Positions 54,355 through 63,983 of a stretch of DNA of 64,000 nt are shown here, in pieces. The first letter of the stretch is position 1; the number at the start of each line of letters is the position of its first letter. Position numbers and translations under genes: made by a program. The notes below the pieces were generated by a model. It saw nothing but the letters and a program-made list of their open reading frames with translations. It ran no database searches and had not been told where the DNA came from. This stretch comes from a virus. The stretch lies in UHGV virus genome UHGV-0229283, one strand, 5' to 3'.

Positions 54355-55143
54355 TTACGAAGCCAGTGGAGTATAGCGTCCTTCTGCACGGTCGGCGATT
54401 AACGCCTTGGCAATGTCACGAACCATACCACCACGGACGATGTCATCATCTGGGTTGTCGAAGTTTACAATACCCACACCCGCGATCCCGTTCCGGCTCA
54501 GGAAATCTTCCACCCACTCCAGACCGGAGATTCCGTGGATATCTTTCTGAGAGGCATCCCCCATGACCACGAGTGTACAGTTGTCAGAGATACGTGTGAT
54601 GATACTCAACATTTCCTCTGGGGTACTCTGCTGGGCTTCGTCGATCAGGAGATAGCTTCTTTCATCGAATGAACGACCACGGATGCTTTCCAATTCCTGA
54701 ACTTCAATACGCCCATTCAGACCATCTTTAAGCGCATTGTAATAGGCACCGTCGCCCATACGTTTACGGATGGTGTCTAACATGTTACGAACATACGGGA
54801 AGAGTTTTTCCAACGATGTTCCCGGTTTGAAGCCGGAGGTTTTACCCGTCTGCACATAAGGGCGAGCGACAATGATCTTGTCGAGTTCATTCTTACGGAG
54901 CAGATCAGCAGCGTAGGCCGATGCCAGGTAAGTTTTACCTGTACCGAAGATACCTTTTGCGATAACAATATTGCAAGTTTGCAACTTGTGAAGGTAATCT
55001 TGCTGCTTGTCATTCAGAGGAGTCAGCGGTGGAGCGCTATTCCTTTCCTCATCGAATTTAGGGTGGTGCTTGGCTTGTCTCTCAGCACGTTGTTGCTGGC
55101 GAACGCTGAGTTTGGTTGCACGAGCCTCTTTGCTTCTTCCCAT
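54355..55143 (-). CDS. phoH: PhoH-like ATPase
   Basis: Walker A GIFGTGKTYLA. The overall layout matches the PhoH family, and the ATG follows an AAGGAGAA Shine-Dalgarno. Confidence 0.85.
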   Translation of the reverse strand: MGRSKEARATKLSVRQQQRAERQAKHHPKFDEERNSAPPLTPLNDKQQDYLHKLQTCNIVIAKGIFGTGKTYLASAYAADLLRKNELDKIIVARPYVQTGKTSGFKPGTSLEKLFPYVRNMLDTIRKRMGDGAYYNALKDGLNGRIEVQELESIRGRSFDERSYLLIDEAQQSTPEEMLSIITRISDNCTLVVMGDASQKDIHGISGLEWVEDFLSRNGIAGVGIVNFDNPDDDIVRGGMVRDIAKALIADRAEGRYTPLAS

Positions 55144-55153
55144 GTGGTTCTCC

Positions 55154-55708
55154 TTAAGAGGTTAGAACAGATTTTGCCTTTTTGTAGTATGCGGTTCTTT
55201 CTGCGAGGTGGTTAGTCCCGCCATTTACCAGCTTGGTGATTTTGGTGATATCATCAGCATCGCAAGCGGCGTTGATGTTTCTCATGTTCCAGTACCAACC
55301 AGCGCTGTCAACTGCATATTTCGGCTGTTCAAGTAATTCAGGGTGATTGACGAGATCCAACCCTAAGGCTTTACCACAAGCTTTGTAGTTTGCAAGCCCG
55401 GTGACTTGGATCAGACCACGTCCCTTGTACTTAGCTCCGTCACCATCCTTTTCTGGTGTATTGCCAAGTCGCTTTGCAATTGGTCCGGTATCATACTTAT
55501 TAAAGTAGGCATTGTTTCCAAGCTCTCTGGTATACAGGAACTCTGCGGACTCCACACCGATTTGGGAAAGGAATCCGGCAATGCGGTTGACAGTATTAAT
55601 ACCACCCTTCTCAAACAAATCATTCAAAGGACCAATAAACTTGGCATTTCTGCCAGCCTTCGCGCCATTCGGAAATATTTTGTTGAGTTGTTCCAGCGTA
55701 AGTTTCAA
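55154..55708 (-). CDS. endolysin, glycoside hydrolase family 19 (chitinase-like)
   Basis: GFLSQIGVESAEF...YKGRGLIQVTGLANY are GH19 catalytic-region motifs. The likely start is the TTG preceded by AAGGAGGT at a 5-nt spacing; the ORF-track ATG lies 45 nt upstream at 55753. Confidence 0.75.
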   Translation of the reverse strand: MKLTLEQLNKIFPNGAKAGRNAKFIGPLNDLFEKGGINTVNRIAGFLSQIGVESAEFLYTRELGNNAYFNKYDTGPIAKRLGNTPEKDGDGAKYKGRGLIQVTGLANYKACGKALGLDLVNHPELLEQPKYAVDSAGWYWNMRNINAACDADDITKITKLVNGGTNHLAERTAYYKKAKSVLTS

Positions 55709-55727
55709 AAGACCTCCTTTTTTCAGG

Positions 55728-56108
55728 TTAGGCCTCTCCCACCGCCTCTTCAAAAGCCGCTTCGAGCTGGGAGGCTACCCCATGAATCTTGATCGTAATC
55801 TTCTCTTGGAAGATCGCGTATCTCAGCTCTTCTTCTGTCAAAGCCTCTGCCAACTGGCAGACCAATTTATCAAACACTTTCTGTTGAACCCCTGTAGAGA
55901 GAGTTTTACGAAGGCGTTCTTTTTTCTCCTTTATTTCCTTGGCAAAATATACGTCTTTCTCTCCCTTCACCATGTTCTGGAGACTTTCAACCTGCACCTG
56001 CAATCCAGTAGCAAAATCTCCGATCAGTCGGTCCCACACCAGAGAAACAAACTCCTTTGCCAGAGAAGGTCGTAAGTCAGTGGTTACAACTGCGGCCTTT
56101 TTTGACAT
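55728..56108 (-). CDS. hypothetical protein
   Basis: 126 aa. Confidence 0.5.
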   Translation of the reverse strand: MSKKAAVVTTDLRPSLAKEFVSLVWDRLIGDFATGLQVQVESLQNMVKGEKDVYFAKEIKEKKERLRKTLSTGVQQKVFDKLVCQLAEALTEEELRYAIFQEKITIKIHGVASQLEAAFEEAVGEA

Positions 56109-56248
56109 TAGTAACCCCCGCGAGCGGCAGCGTCTGCTGCAAGTTGCTGAAGTTCTTCATCAGAAGAGCGTTTATTCTTCGGCTTTTTGCCACGCAGTTC
56201 CAGAGCCAGTTCCTTGGTATATGCCTTACGCAGTGCTTTCTTACTCAT
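56108..56248 (-). CDS. hypothetical small basic protein (46 aa)
   Basis: Unlisted ORF MSKKALRKAYTKELALELRGKKPKNK... with a strong GAGGAGAATTCGAATG start context. It has a TAATG overlap with the downstream gene. Confidence 0.35.
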   Translation of the reverse strand: MSKKALRKAYTKELALELRGKKPKNKRSSDEELQQLAADAAARGGY

Positions 56249-56327
56249 TCGAATTCTCCTCTAAATTTCCTGCCGGACAGATTTCTCGGCAGGATTACAT
56301 AAATCATACAGACAGAAGGTTGCTATG

Positions 56328-56600
56328 TCAACAGGATTTCATATGTTTTTGCACAAAAGCAATGAAGTCATCAGCGCCACCAATGTACTCCGTTGAGGAG
56401 TCCGTCTCACGGAAAATCTGCGGGACGGTGCGAGGGATAACCGGGGCGCACTGCTCCACCAGCTCTTCCTTGGTGTAATTCTTCCCGAGTGTCAGATAGA
56501 TATACTCGATCCCGTTTGCAATGGCGAACTCCTTCGCGCGGGTGCAGTGCTGGCAGTTCTCCTTACCATAAATGGTAAAGGTGGAATTCTTCAGATTCAT
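56328..56600 (-). CDS. nrdH: glutaredoxin-like protein, NrdH-type
   Basis: FTIYGKENCQHCTRAKEF carries the CxxC motif. 90 aa, directly downstream of nrdB. Confidence 0.7.
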   Translation of the reverse strand: MNLKNSTFTIYGKENCQHCTRAKEFAIANGIEYIYLTLGKNYTKEELVEQCAPVIPRTVPQIFRETDSSTEYIGGADDFIAFVQKHMKSC

Positions 56601-56609
56601 TGTTACTCC

Positions 56610-57698
56610 TTAAAAATCCCAGACTTCGTCTTCAGCGTCATTGACTGTCGCATTAAGACGATAATCGGTGTTTGTTTGTTCCTGATTCGCATTCTGTTGC
56701 TTGGAAGGATTCATCCAAACATCCATGAACGGGAGAGGATCACGTTTTGGTGCTACGAAATCTTTTTCAATGCCGTAGTAATCGTAGATCGGAGCACAGT
56801 TCCAGTCAGTCCAATCTTTCAGCAATGGAGCGTTCAACCCGATGATCGCACGGCCTTCACTGAAGAGATAATCGCCCCAACCATATTCATTGGTACGAAC
56901 TTCATCCAGAATTGCTTTCAGCTCGTGCTTGATTGCGATAAAACTGGCCTTCCATACCGGGTCTTTCAGAAGGATATCGATAACTCCGAAATCCATCTTG
57001 GTATGCAGCATCTCATCCAACATAATTTTCTGCACTAGCTGCCCCACCTGGACAAACACACCCTGTTCTGCAAGAGCGAACGTACAGGCAAAGCTAGAGA
57101 TGAATTCAATACCTTCCAGCCCCAACAGGGAGAACATAGCTCTCAGGATTCCTCGACGGATTTCCTCTTTGTCGACAGAGTCCGGGTCAATACGGTATCG
57201 AGCACCGAGGATCTCTAATTCACGCATGAATTTGACAATGACTCCAGAGCGTTCAAGGACTGCTTGGTTGTTCTGAATATCTTCAATGATCTGGCGAGAA
57301 TTAGGCAGACATTGACGAACGATATCAGAATACGTCAGAGCATGTAGGACTTCAATCTCTGATTGCTTCATCATCATGGCGAACAGTTCACTATTCGTGA
57401 TGAACGGTGCAAACAGACAGATGATAGACTGTGCTGCAACACTATCAGCTTCCCATTGCCACATCAGGGTCTGCACCATGACGTCGTAAGTCGATTTGCT
57501 GCAAGTAGCAAAGTCAGTGATAGACTGGCTCAGTTCAACTTCATCTTCTGACCAGTCCTGTTCTTTCTGCTTTTTATACAGGTCAAACAGTTGCGGATAC
57601 TTTTTATTGATGGAGTCATACATCCCCATCTGTTGACCAAGGAACAGTGGGTAGTCCCCGGTCTTATGCGCGGTGTTTTCTACGTTAAAAACTGCCAT
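56610..57698 (-). CDS. nrdB: ribonucleotide reductase class Ia beta subunit
   Basis: Di-iron ligand region EGIEFISSFACTFALAE and EMLHT. 362 aa. GAGGAGAG Shine-Dalgarno. Confidence 0.9.
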   Translation of the reverse strand: MAVFNVENTAHKTGDYPLFLGQQMGMYDSINKKYPQLFDLYKKQKEQDWSEDEVELSQSITDFATCSKSTYDVMVQTLMWQWEADSVAAQSIICLFAPFITNSELFAMMMKQSEIEVLHALTYSDIVRQCLPNSRQIIEDIQNNQAVLERSGVIVKFMRELEILGARYRIDPDSVDKEEIRRGILRAMFSLLGLEGIEFISSFACTFALAEQGVFVQVGQLVQKIMLDEMLHTKMDFGVIDILLKDPVWKASFIAIKHELKAILDEVRTNEYGWGDYLFSEGRAIIGLNAPLLKDWTDWNCAPIYDYYGIEKDFVAPKRDPLPFMDVWMNPSKQQNANQEQTNTDYRLNATVNDAEDEVWDF

Positions 57699-57704
57699 TT
57701 TCTC

Positions 57705-57730
57705 TCCTCAAAAACGGGGCCGAAGCCCCT
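57705..57730 (-). terminator. UUCG-tetraloop hairpin between nrdA and nrdB (terminator or attenuator)
   Basis: On the minus strand, GGGGCTTCGGCCCC is followed by GTTTTTG. Confidence 0.45.
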
Positions 57731-57735
57731 ACAAC

Positions 57736-60048
57736 TTATAAAGAACAACTTTCGCAATAAGGATCTTCAGTATCCCCGGCGATAAGTGGTGCAACAGCCC
57801 TTGTCTCTTCCTCAGCTTTTGCTTTAGCATGAAGTTCCTCAGTGAGGGAGTCTCCCGCCCCAACCTTGGAGTTCAGGTAATACCATGTCTTCATTCCCAT
57901 CTTCGTGGCGCGAATCAGATACCCAAGTTGTTGTTTCATGGAAATCTTACCATCCGGCAACTGGGTATAGTCGATGTAAAGATCCGCACTAATTGCTTGC
58001 CCTGCGAACTTCTGAATGATTGCATAGATATCAATCAAGTCATTCGTATCGATATCCCAAGCCGATGTGTAATATTCCTTCAGCTCTTCATACTCAGGCA
58101 CGATAAACAGCACAGAGCCTTGAGGGGATTTCTTGAAGATCACATGGTCACGTACTGGATACAGGCCATTTGTTGTGTTGGTAGCCAATGATGAACTTTC
58201 GTTCGGCATATAAGCTTCCAGAACACTGTTACGGATACCACCATTTTCGATGATTTCCTGGCGCAAAGTTTCCCAGTCCTGCTTCAGGCTCGGATTCTTC
58301 ACGACACTATCAACTGCCTTATTATAGGTATCGATAGGCAACCAACCCTGCGGGTACTTAGTCTTATTCATCCACGGAGCAACACCACGCTCTTTAGCCA
58401 GTCGCAGACTTGCCCTATGCAGACTGAAGCTATGCAGTTCTGCCAGATCGTGAACTAACTGTTTGCTCTCAGGAGAACCATACGCGACTTTGTGTTTCGC
58501 GATGTAGTGTGCAAGGTTGGTTAGGCCAACACCAATCGAACGACGAGATTCGGCTGTGTACTTCATATTCTCATACGGATAGTCCATGATATCCATAACG
58601 TTGTCGATCATCAGGACGGTGTAGTAAGCAACATCCTCGTACTCTTCTTCAGAAATACGACCAGCAACAAGAGAGGCGATAAAGCACAATGCAACTTCAC
58701 CATCATCAACAGTCGGGTTGAAAATGTTCCGCATATCTGTATACCCTTTTGTTGGCAGACAGATTTCTTGACACAAGTTAGATGAATAGATTGTCTCAAG
58801 AAATGGCGTATGACGGTTCATTTCGTCAGGCCAGTAAACATAAAGACGACCAGTTTCTGCACGTTGAGTGATCAGCTCCATTGCCAGATCACGCGCCTTC
58901 ACCCAAGTTTTTGGAATCTTCGTATCTGCTGCTACACGGGCAACCTCAGCATCAAACTCCTGCATTGTCATTCGGAACATACCCTCATGCAACTGAGGGG
59001 CATCCTTATATGACACCAACATCCAGTCCAGATTCTTAGCCACTCGATTCATGAACGAGTGGTTGACACCGATCGAATAGTCCATCGTGTTGATACGCTT
59101 TGAGGTAACCGTCATCGGATTACGCAGGCGCATCAGTTCTTCAACTTGCGGGTCTAACGCAAGGAAAGACACCGTTGCAGAACCACCACGGGATTGTTGA
59201 CGATTTTCCTTAACACCAACATCAATTCCACGGTAATACGGGAGTTTACCCATGTGTTTGATCGTATTGTCACGAACACCATCGCCGATAGAGCGGGAGG
59301 ACAGGTAATAACCGATTCCTGCCTGTGCTACCGTCATAGTGTACGCCACTTCACGAGCAACACCAATACTTTTTGCTGTATCGTCTGCTTTGATAATGCA
59401 ACAGGATGCATATCCCGTTTTACCAGTACGCAGACCATTCAGGTACGGCGTTGGCGCATTGATCTTAAGGTCAGAGAGATACGTATACAGTCTGATGACG
59501 TCATTCTTCCTACGGGATAATGGCATATTCTTCATAACAGCCATAGCAATACCCATGAACATCATCTGTGGGGATTCGAACAGGATATCATTGATGTTAT
59601 CTTTGATACCATACTTATCCCGGAACTGTTTCAGAACCGCATACCCATAACTCAGGTCCTTACTGTGGTCAATGACTTGATCAAAGTTTAACAGCTCAGG
59701 TCCAGTATAGCCCATTTCTTCCCAGTACCCACGCATCACCATGTCCTGGTAAAACTCGGTAAGGCTTGGTATTTTCTTAAATCCGCCAAAAGCTTCCTTG
59801 TAGATTTGTCCAATCAGGACGCGCCCAGCCATCCGTGAATGGGCTTCGTCTTTACGACTCACACAGGCGTCGATCAATGCCTGGTTAACTTCACGAGTGG
59901 TGCAGCCGTCATACAGTCGCTTATATGCATCCATTGAGATATACGACCAGTTACCATTACCGTCATCACCAAAGATAGCGGCCTTGTTTAGACGTTCTGG
60001 TTCAAATGGAACCACACTGCCATCACTCTTCACAACTGTATTGATCAA
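57736..60048 (-). CDS. nrdA: ribonucleotide reductase class Ia alpha subunit
   Basis: 770 aa with an ATP-cone N-terminus and a C-terminal CESCSL redox Cys pair. TTG start after an AAGGGG Shine-Dalgarno. Confidence 0.9.
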   Translation of the reverse strand: MINTVVKSDGSVVPFEPERLNKAAIFGDDGNGNWSYISMDAYKRLYDGCTTREVNQALIDACVSRKDEAHSRMAGRVLIGQIYKEAFGGFKKIPSLTEFYQDMVMRGYWEEMGYTGPELLNFDQVIDHSKDLSYGYAVLKQFRDKYGIKDNINDILFESPQMMFMGIAMAVMKNMPLSRRKNDVIRLYTYLSDLKINAPTPYLNGLRTGKTGYASCCIIKADDTAKSIGVAREVAYTMTVAQAGIGYYLSSRSIGDGVRDNTIKHMGKLPYYRGIDVGVKENRQQSRGGSATVSFLALDPQVEELMRLRNPMTVTSKRINTMDYSIGVNHSFMNRVAKNLDWMLVSYKDAPQLHEGMFRMTMQEFDAEVARVAADTKIPKTWVKARDLAMELITQRAETGRLYVYWPDEMNRHTPFLETIYSSNLCQEICLPTKGYTDMRNIFNPTVDDGEVALCFIASLVAGRISEEEYEDVAYYTVLMIDNVMDIMDYPYENMKYTAESRRSIGVGLTNLAHYIAKHKVAYGSPESKQLVHDLAELHSFSLHRASLRLAKERGVAPWMNKTKYPQGWLPIDTYNKAVDSVVKNPSLKQDWETLRQEIIENGGIRNSVLEAYMPNESSSLATNTTNGLYPVRDHVIFKKSPQGSVLFIVPEYEELKEYYTSAWDIDTNDLIDIYAIIQKFAGQAISADLYIDYTQLPDGKISMKQQLGYLIRATKMGMKTWYYLNSKVGAGDSLTEELHAKAKAEEETRAVAPLIAGDTEDPYCESCSL

Positions 60049-60057
60049 ACTTTCCCC

Positions 60058-60288
60058 TTATTCTTCTTCAAATTGAGACAAAAACTCATCTGCCTCGTCA
60101 ACAACCTGATCGTCTTTCTCGTTTTGATCTGGCGCAACGATGTTAACTATTTTACCAGAAAACTCATCATAGTAAACATCGTCGTACATTTTACTGTCAT
60201 CGGTTAAATCGTTGAAGTAGAGCCACCCGGCATAATGATGCTTATCATCGAAGCCACGGTCTTTCCATTTCGTTTTTTCTTTACTCAT
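60058..60288 (-). CDS. hypothetical acidic protein
   Basis: 76 aa. Confidence 0.45.
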   Translation of the reverse strand: MSKEKTKWKDRGFDDKHHYAGWLYFNDLTDDSKMYDDVYYDEFSGKIVNIVAPDQNEKDDQVVDEADEFLSQFEEE

Positions 60289-60764
60289 TCGTCCTCCAGG
60301 CCAAACACATCGCCCAGACGAGCTTCGTCTTCAATATCGAAAGTGATTTCAAATGTCTCTGGTCGATCACCTCGCTTGGTATACTTGCGGGTGTTAACTT
60401 TTTCAATTACAGGGATGTCGTAAGGAAGATCTAAAACAAATTCCATATCACTGCCTGAATAAACCCCTACATCAAGGATTTCAACACCGTTGTATATCTT
60501 CGCGTATTTATAATCGGGTCGCATTTCTCCTACAAAAATCATTGTCTTACGATACGTCGATGGCATGTTGGCACATCTTACATTTTTGTTTTGGAACACA
60601 GTTACGTGTTTAGGATTCCCATCTTTATCGGTAACCTGAAAACCGAGTGCGTATAAGGCAGCGCGGAGGTCATTATCTTTCTGGACATCAAACCCTGGGA
60701 CCGTTCTCAGGAAGTCAATGGTGACCGAAATGTGTTGGGGTGGCTTGCGTTTTTCTTTACTCAT
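60285..60764 (-). CDS. hypothetical protein
   Basis: The start is moved to MSKEKRK, which has a GGAGAT Shine-Dalgarno. Confidence 0.5.
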   Translation of the reverse strand: MSKEKRKPPQHISVTIDFLRTVPGFDVQKDNDLRAALYALGFQVTDKDGNPKHVTVFQNKNVRCANMPSTYRKTMIFVGEMRPDYKYAKIYNGVEILDVGVYSGSDMEFVLDLPYDIPVIEKVNTRKYTKRGDRPETFEITFDIEDEARLGDVFGLEDE

Positions 60765-60844
60765 GTAATCTCCATTCTGCCTGACAAGGGGCAAAATCGC
60801 CCCTAATTAATATGCTTCTAAGATACGAATTAACGATATCTTTG

Positions 60845-61831
60845 TCAACCTGAAATTGCATTGTCAGGCACTAACTGGCGATGTTGTATCCAACCACGAA
60901 GGTTGCCGGACCAAAGTTGTCCTTGACGATCTGCGTGTGTGATACCCTCTTCCCAAGATACCGCATATCCGGGGATATTCACACTTGGGTCATAGCCATA
61001 TTGACTGAACTCACCCTTCATAGGTGTAGCCTGATGTTCAAATGGAGAAGCATGAACTTTATTACCACTGACCAACTTCTCATAGATATCCAGAGCCTTT
61101 TCTTTGCTCGTATTCAGAACACGATAAGACACCTGAGCACAACAAGATGCGGAAATAGCCAAAGCCTCTTCTAGGGTCAGCATTACAGGCTTGTTCTCTT
61201 CGTCAAGAACGCAATAGCCTTCAAATACTGCACACTCTTTGTCATCGATATCTTCAAAGCCATAAACGTGATCAACGTATGGTGTATGCCACTGTCCCGG
61301 TTCAAGAGGGTCTGGGATAGAATTATCTCTAGCCTCTTTCATTGCCTTAGCTAGTTCATAGATCGTCGGGTCAGCATCCGGGTCAACCCGCAGCCAGAAG
61401 AAATTATTCCAGTCTGTAGCGGTGACAACTGTCTTCATTCTTTGGTATGGTTCCAGAAGGCGGTTTGCAATCTGCTTGTGATAACCAGCATCTGCAAATT
61501 CTGCTGCAAACCGGGCTGCACTAAGTCCTGCGAGTTTCCACCATTCTTCTGCCGAGTACCCATCACCAAGCTGTGCTGAGTGCTCCCCGGCATCCTGCAT
61601 TCCAGGTTGGTTCTTACCAAACTTCACAGGCATTGCAGGATTTTGCTGAACCTGCTCGATCATTTTCTTAATCGGAATAGCACGACTGCTCATCGCATTC
61701 CGACTTAACAGTCGGTGAGTCATCAACTCACTGTGAATAATTCGTGGATATTCAAGCTCGAAAGTTGTGATCCGAGAACCAGAAGGTGAAATGCTGTCAG
61801 CTACAATTTTTACGGAAATCAAATTACTCAC
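60845..61831 (-). CDS. thyX: flavin-dependent thymidylate synthase, ThyX-like
   Basis: MTHRLLSRNAMSSRA resembles the ThyX RHRxxSxxxxSxR motif, though with T in place of the first R. It sits in a nucleotide-metabolism cluster. GTG start after AGGAG. Confidence 0.5.
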   Translation of the reverse strand: MSNLISVKIVADSISPSGSRITTFELEYPRIIHSELMTHRLLSRNAMSSRAIPIKKMIEQVQQNPAMPVKFGKNQPGMQDAGEHSAQLGDGYSAEEWWKLAGLSAARFAAEFADAGYHKQIANRLLEPYQRMKTVVTATDWNNFFWLRVDPDADPTIYELAKAMKEARDNSIPDPLEPGQWHTPYVDHVYGFEDIDDKECAVFEGYCVLDEENKPVMLTLEEALAISASCCAQVSYRVLNTSKEKALDIYEKLVSGNKVHASPFEHQATPMKGEFSQYGYDPSVNIPGYAVSWEEGITHADRQGQLWSGNLRGWIQHRQLVPDNAISG

Positions 61832-62141
61832 TCATTGCTCCTAATTTCTCAATAATCTTGTCTTGGTTTTCAGCCATACGAGCGGCGACGGCAGTTTCAA
61901 CTAACAGGTCAAGTTCAGCAAGACGGTCTTTGTATTTGATCTGGGGGATAATAATCTCTTCCAGCTCGCGGAGAGAGAATAAGTTCAGATAGACGTCATA
62001 AAAAAGACCTTTATTAAAATCCGCATCAATCCCCATGATATCCGCAGTCAGTCCTGTGCCTGGGAACATACCTTCAATAACACGATTCACACGAGCCGTT
62101 GCTTGTGTACGGATGTGTTCCGCCATTTCATCCTTTGTCAT
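61824..62141 (-). CDS. hypothetical protein
   Basis: 105 aa. Confidence 0.45.
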   Translation of the reverse strand: MTKDEMAEHIRTQATARVNRVIEGMFPGTGLTADIMGIDADFNKGLFYDVYLNLFSLRELEEIIIPQIKYKDRLAELDLLVETAVAARMAENQDKIIEKLGAMSE

Positions 62142-62338
62142 TTTCCAACCCTCTTAATTTTGTAGTTAACATTTGGATCAAGGTCTGCCTTGAACACCAA
62201 GTAGCGGTTAAGCACATTCTTACACATGTCGCTTGTCGCTTTGAATGAGTACACGAAATTATCCTTCTCATCGAATACTTCGTACCACTTACCCTGACGG
62301 GCGATGAAATCACCGCCCTCGCATCTATTCCTTTTCAT
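62138..62338 (-). CDS. hypothetical protein
   Basis: 66 aa. Confidence 0.45.
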   Translation of the reverse strand: MKRNRCEGGDFIARQGKWYEVFDEKDNFVYSFKATSDMCKNVLNRYLVFKADLDPNVNYKIKRVGK

Positions 62339-62991
62339 CAGGAGAGGTCCAGAATAAAGTCCTGAATATGACTCCAGTCGGATGTCTCAAGGTCAATCGA
62401 GACTTTCAACTCCTCAGATTGGTCATACGGAGTCCAGAACTTAATCTTAAGTACGTCATCTCCGAACTGATTCAGGAATTCATTGCGATCATCAATAATG
62501 ACGTCAAGCTTAAGACCTGCTTTGTTCTTCGTCGCATAAAAACCATGACCAGAACCCGGCTCAAGGCTGAAGAACTCTTCTGTCTCACGTTTCAAGAAGC
62601 GTACCTTAGACGAAAAGTGTCCCTTTTTGCAGTATGATACAAATTGGTTGAAGTGGCCAGCTTCAGCAAATGCGGCCACTGCTTCAACAGCGCCAGGGCG
62701 TGGTTTCAGCCTATCGTACAAATAAGGATCTTCCCAGAACTCATACGGAGGTAATTGATTCACCTTCGCGGGTGGAAAATATTTAGAAAGATTATAGTAA
62801 GTCTTCCCCTGTGGGTTCGGGGGTGGCAAACTACAGTCCGCCTTAACGCCATACATCAGTTCCAACCAATGAAGCCAAGGAGTACCAGAATCTACAAAAG
62901 TTAGATCGACATCAATACCTATATTCATCGGTTTACGCATCATCTTCTCCATAGCTAATTGACCTAGCCCACTCAAGGATCTCTTCTGCAC
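62338..62991 (-). CDS. HAD-superfamily hydrolase (5'-nucleotidase-like)
   Basis: IGIDVDLTF carries the DxDxT motif. Confidence 0.45.
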   Translation of the reverse strand: MQKRSLSGLGQLAMEKMMRKPMNIGIDVDLTFVDSGTPWLHWLELMYGVKADCSLPPPNPQGKTYYNLSKYFPPAKVNQLPPYEFWEDPYLYDRLKPRPGAVEAVAAFAEAGHFNQFVSYCKKGHFSSKVRFLKRETEEFFSLEPGSGHGFYATKNKAGLKLDVIIDDRNEFLNQFGDDVLKIKFWTPYDQSEELKVSIDLETSDWSHIQDFILDLS

Positions 62992-63538
62992 AATCGATCA
63001 TAGCGCCCTCTTTGTTATCAAAGTCACGTTCATGACCTCGGATACCATCAAGGTATAACCAGTTACGACTGTCATTCCCCCAATCATAACCTTTTCGGTG
63101 GATACGTGCAAGGAAGAATTCACCACCAGTCGAGTATGCATAATCTGACAACTCTTTGATTTCCTCAGCAAAGCCACCATCTGAGAATACAATCACCTCG
63201 TCGTTGGCATAGGTCTGCTTCAGCTTTTCCACAGCAGCTTTACCGAATGCTGACTTTCCGAACAACGGCTTGATTACCTTCTCAGAGCAATGGATCATCC
63301 ATTCGCGGGGAGAAACAAAGAAGCCGTCTATCATCAGGTAAGGTGTTGGTTTCTCTTTGTAGCGGCGCGTGTACAGAGAGTCCCATAGCTCGCGAGAGAT
63401 ACCTGCACTTCGAATAGCGACCTCAAAAAGGAGTTCCTTCACCTCTTCGTGGTTGATGTTTGGGTTACCTTTACAAAGGTACGCAGAAATCTCATCTTTA
63501 CCGCTCTGTGGTGGAGCATTCAGAACAATGATATCCAT
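62933..63538 (-). CDS. P-loop kinase, dNMP-kinase-like
   Basis: VLNAPPQSGKDEIS resembles the phage dNMP kinase P-loop. Confidence 0.5.
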   Translation of the reverse strand: MDIIVLNAPPQSGKDEISAYLCKGNPNINHEEVKELLFEVAIRSAGISRELWDSLYTRRYKEKPTPYLMIDGFFVSPREWMIHCSEKVIKPLFGKSAFGKAAVEKLKQTYANDEVIVFSDGGFAEEIKELSDYAYSTGGEFFLARIHRKGYDWGNDSRNWLYLDGIRGHERDFDNKEGAMIDCAEEILEWARSISYGEDDA

Positions 63539-63723
63539 TAGTACCCCGTATACTGTTGGAGTGCATCAATGATGTCAAGACAAGCACCTAACTTATCAAA
63601 GCTTTCTTCGTTATCCTCAACCTCTACAACAGCCTCGATCCTTACACGTAAGGATTCGATCTGCTCTCGCAGCCAATCATCATCTGCGGCATCAGGAACT
63701 TTAACAACAATTTCTCTTCCCAT
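63538..63723 (-). CDS. hypothetical small acidic protein
   Basis: ORF 63538..63903 trimmed to MGREIVVKV, which has an AAGGAGA Shine-Dalgarno. Confidence 0.35.
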   Translation of the reverse strand: MGREIVVKVPDAADDDWLREQIESLRVRIEAVVEVEDNEESFDKLGACLDIIDALQQYTGY

Positions 63724-63758
63724 AGGATCTCCTTTGCAAAGGGCCGAAGCCCTTAAAG

Positions 63759-63983
63759 TTAAACCAAAATATTTGACAGCAGTTGCGCTCGTTTCTCTTT
63801 CGAGAGAAGGTTTGTTCTCCCACGGCGCTGTTGCCCGGTGACCTTGTGACGGTAACGTTGGTACTTGCCAAGATTGGTGTAATGGAAACCATCCTCTATC
63901 CACTCGCTCATATCCAGAACACCATCAACATACAGATCGAAGTTAGGCAGACGAGAATCCCAAGGCATGAAGATTTCGTACAA
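63759..63983 (-). CDS. hypothetical protein
   Basis: 74 aa. Confidence 0.4.
   Translation of the reverse strand: MYEIFMPWDSRLPNFDLYVDGVLDMSEWIEDGFHYTNLGKYQRYRHKVTGQQRRGRTNLLSKEKRAQLLSNILV

Noticed and set aside
60845-61831. Confident ThyX assignment
   Set aside because: The canonical RHR motif reads THR here. The call is kept as ThyX-like at reduced confidence, and an alternative dUMP-modifying enzyme is possible.
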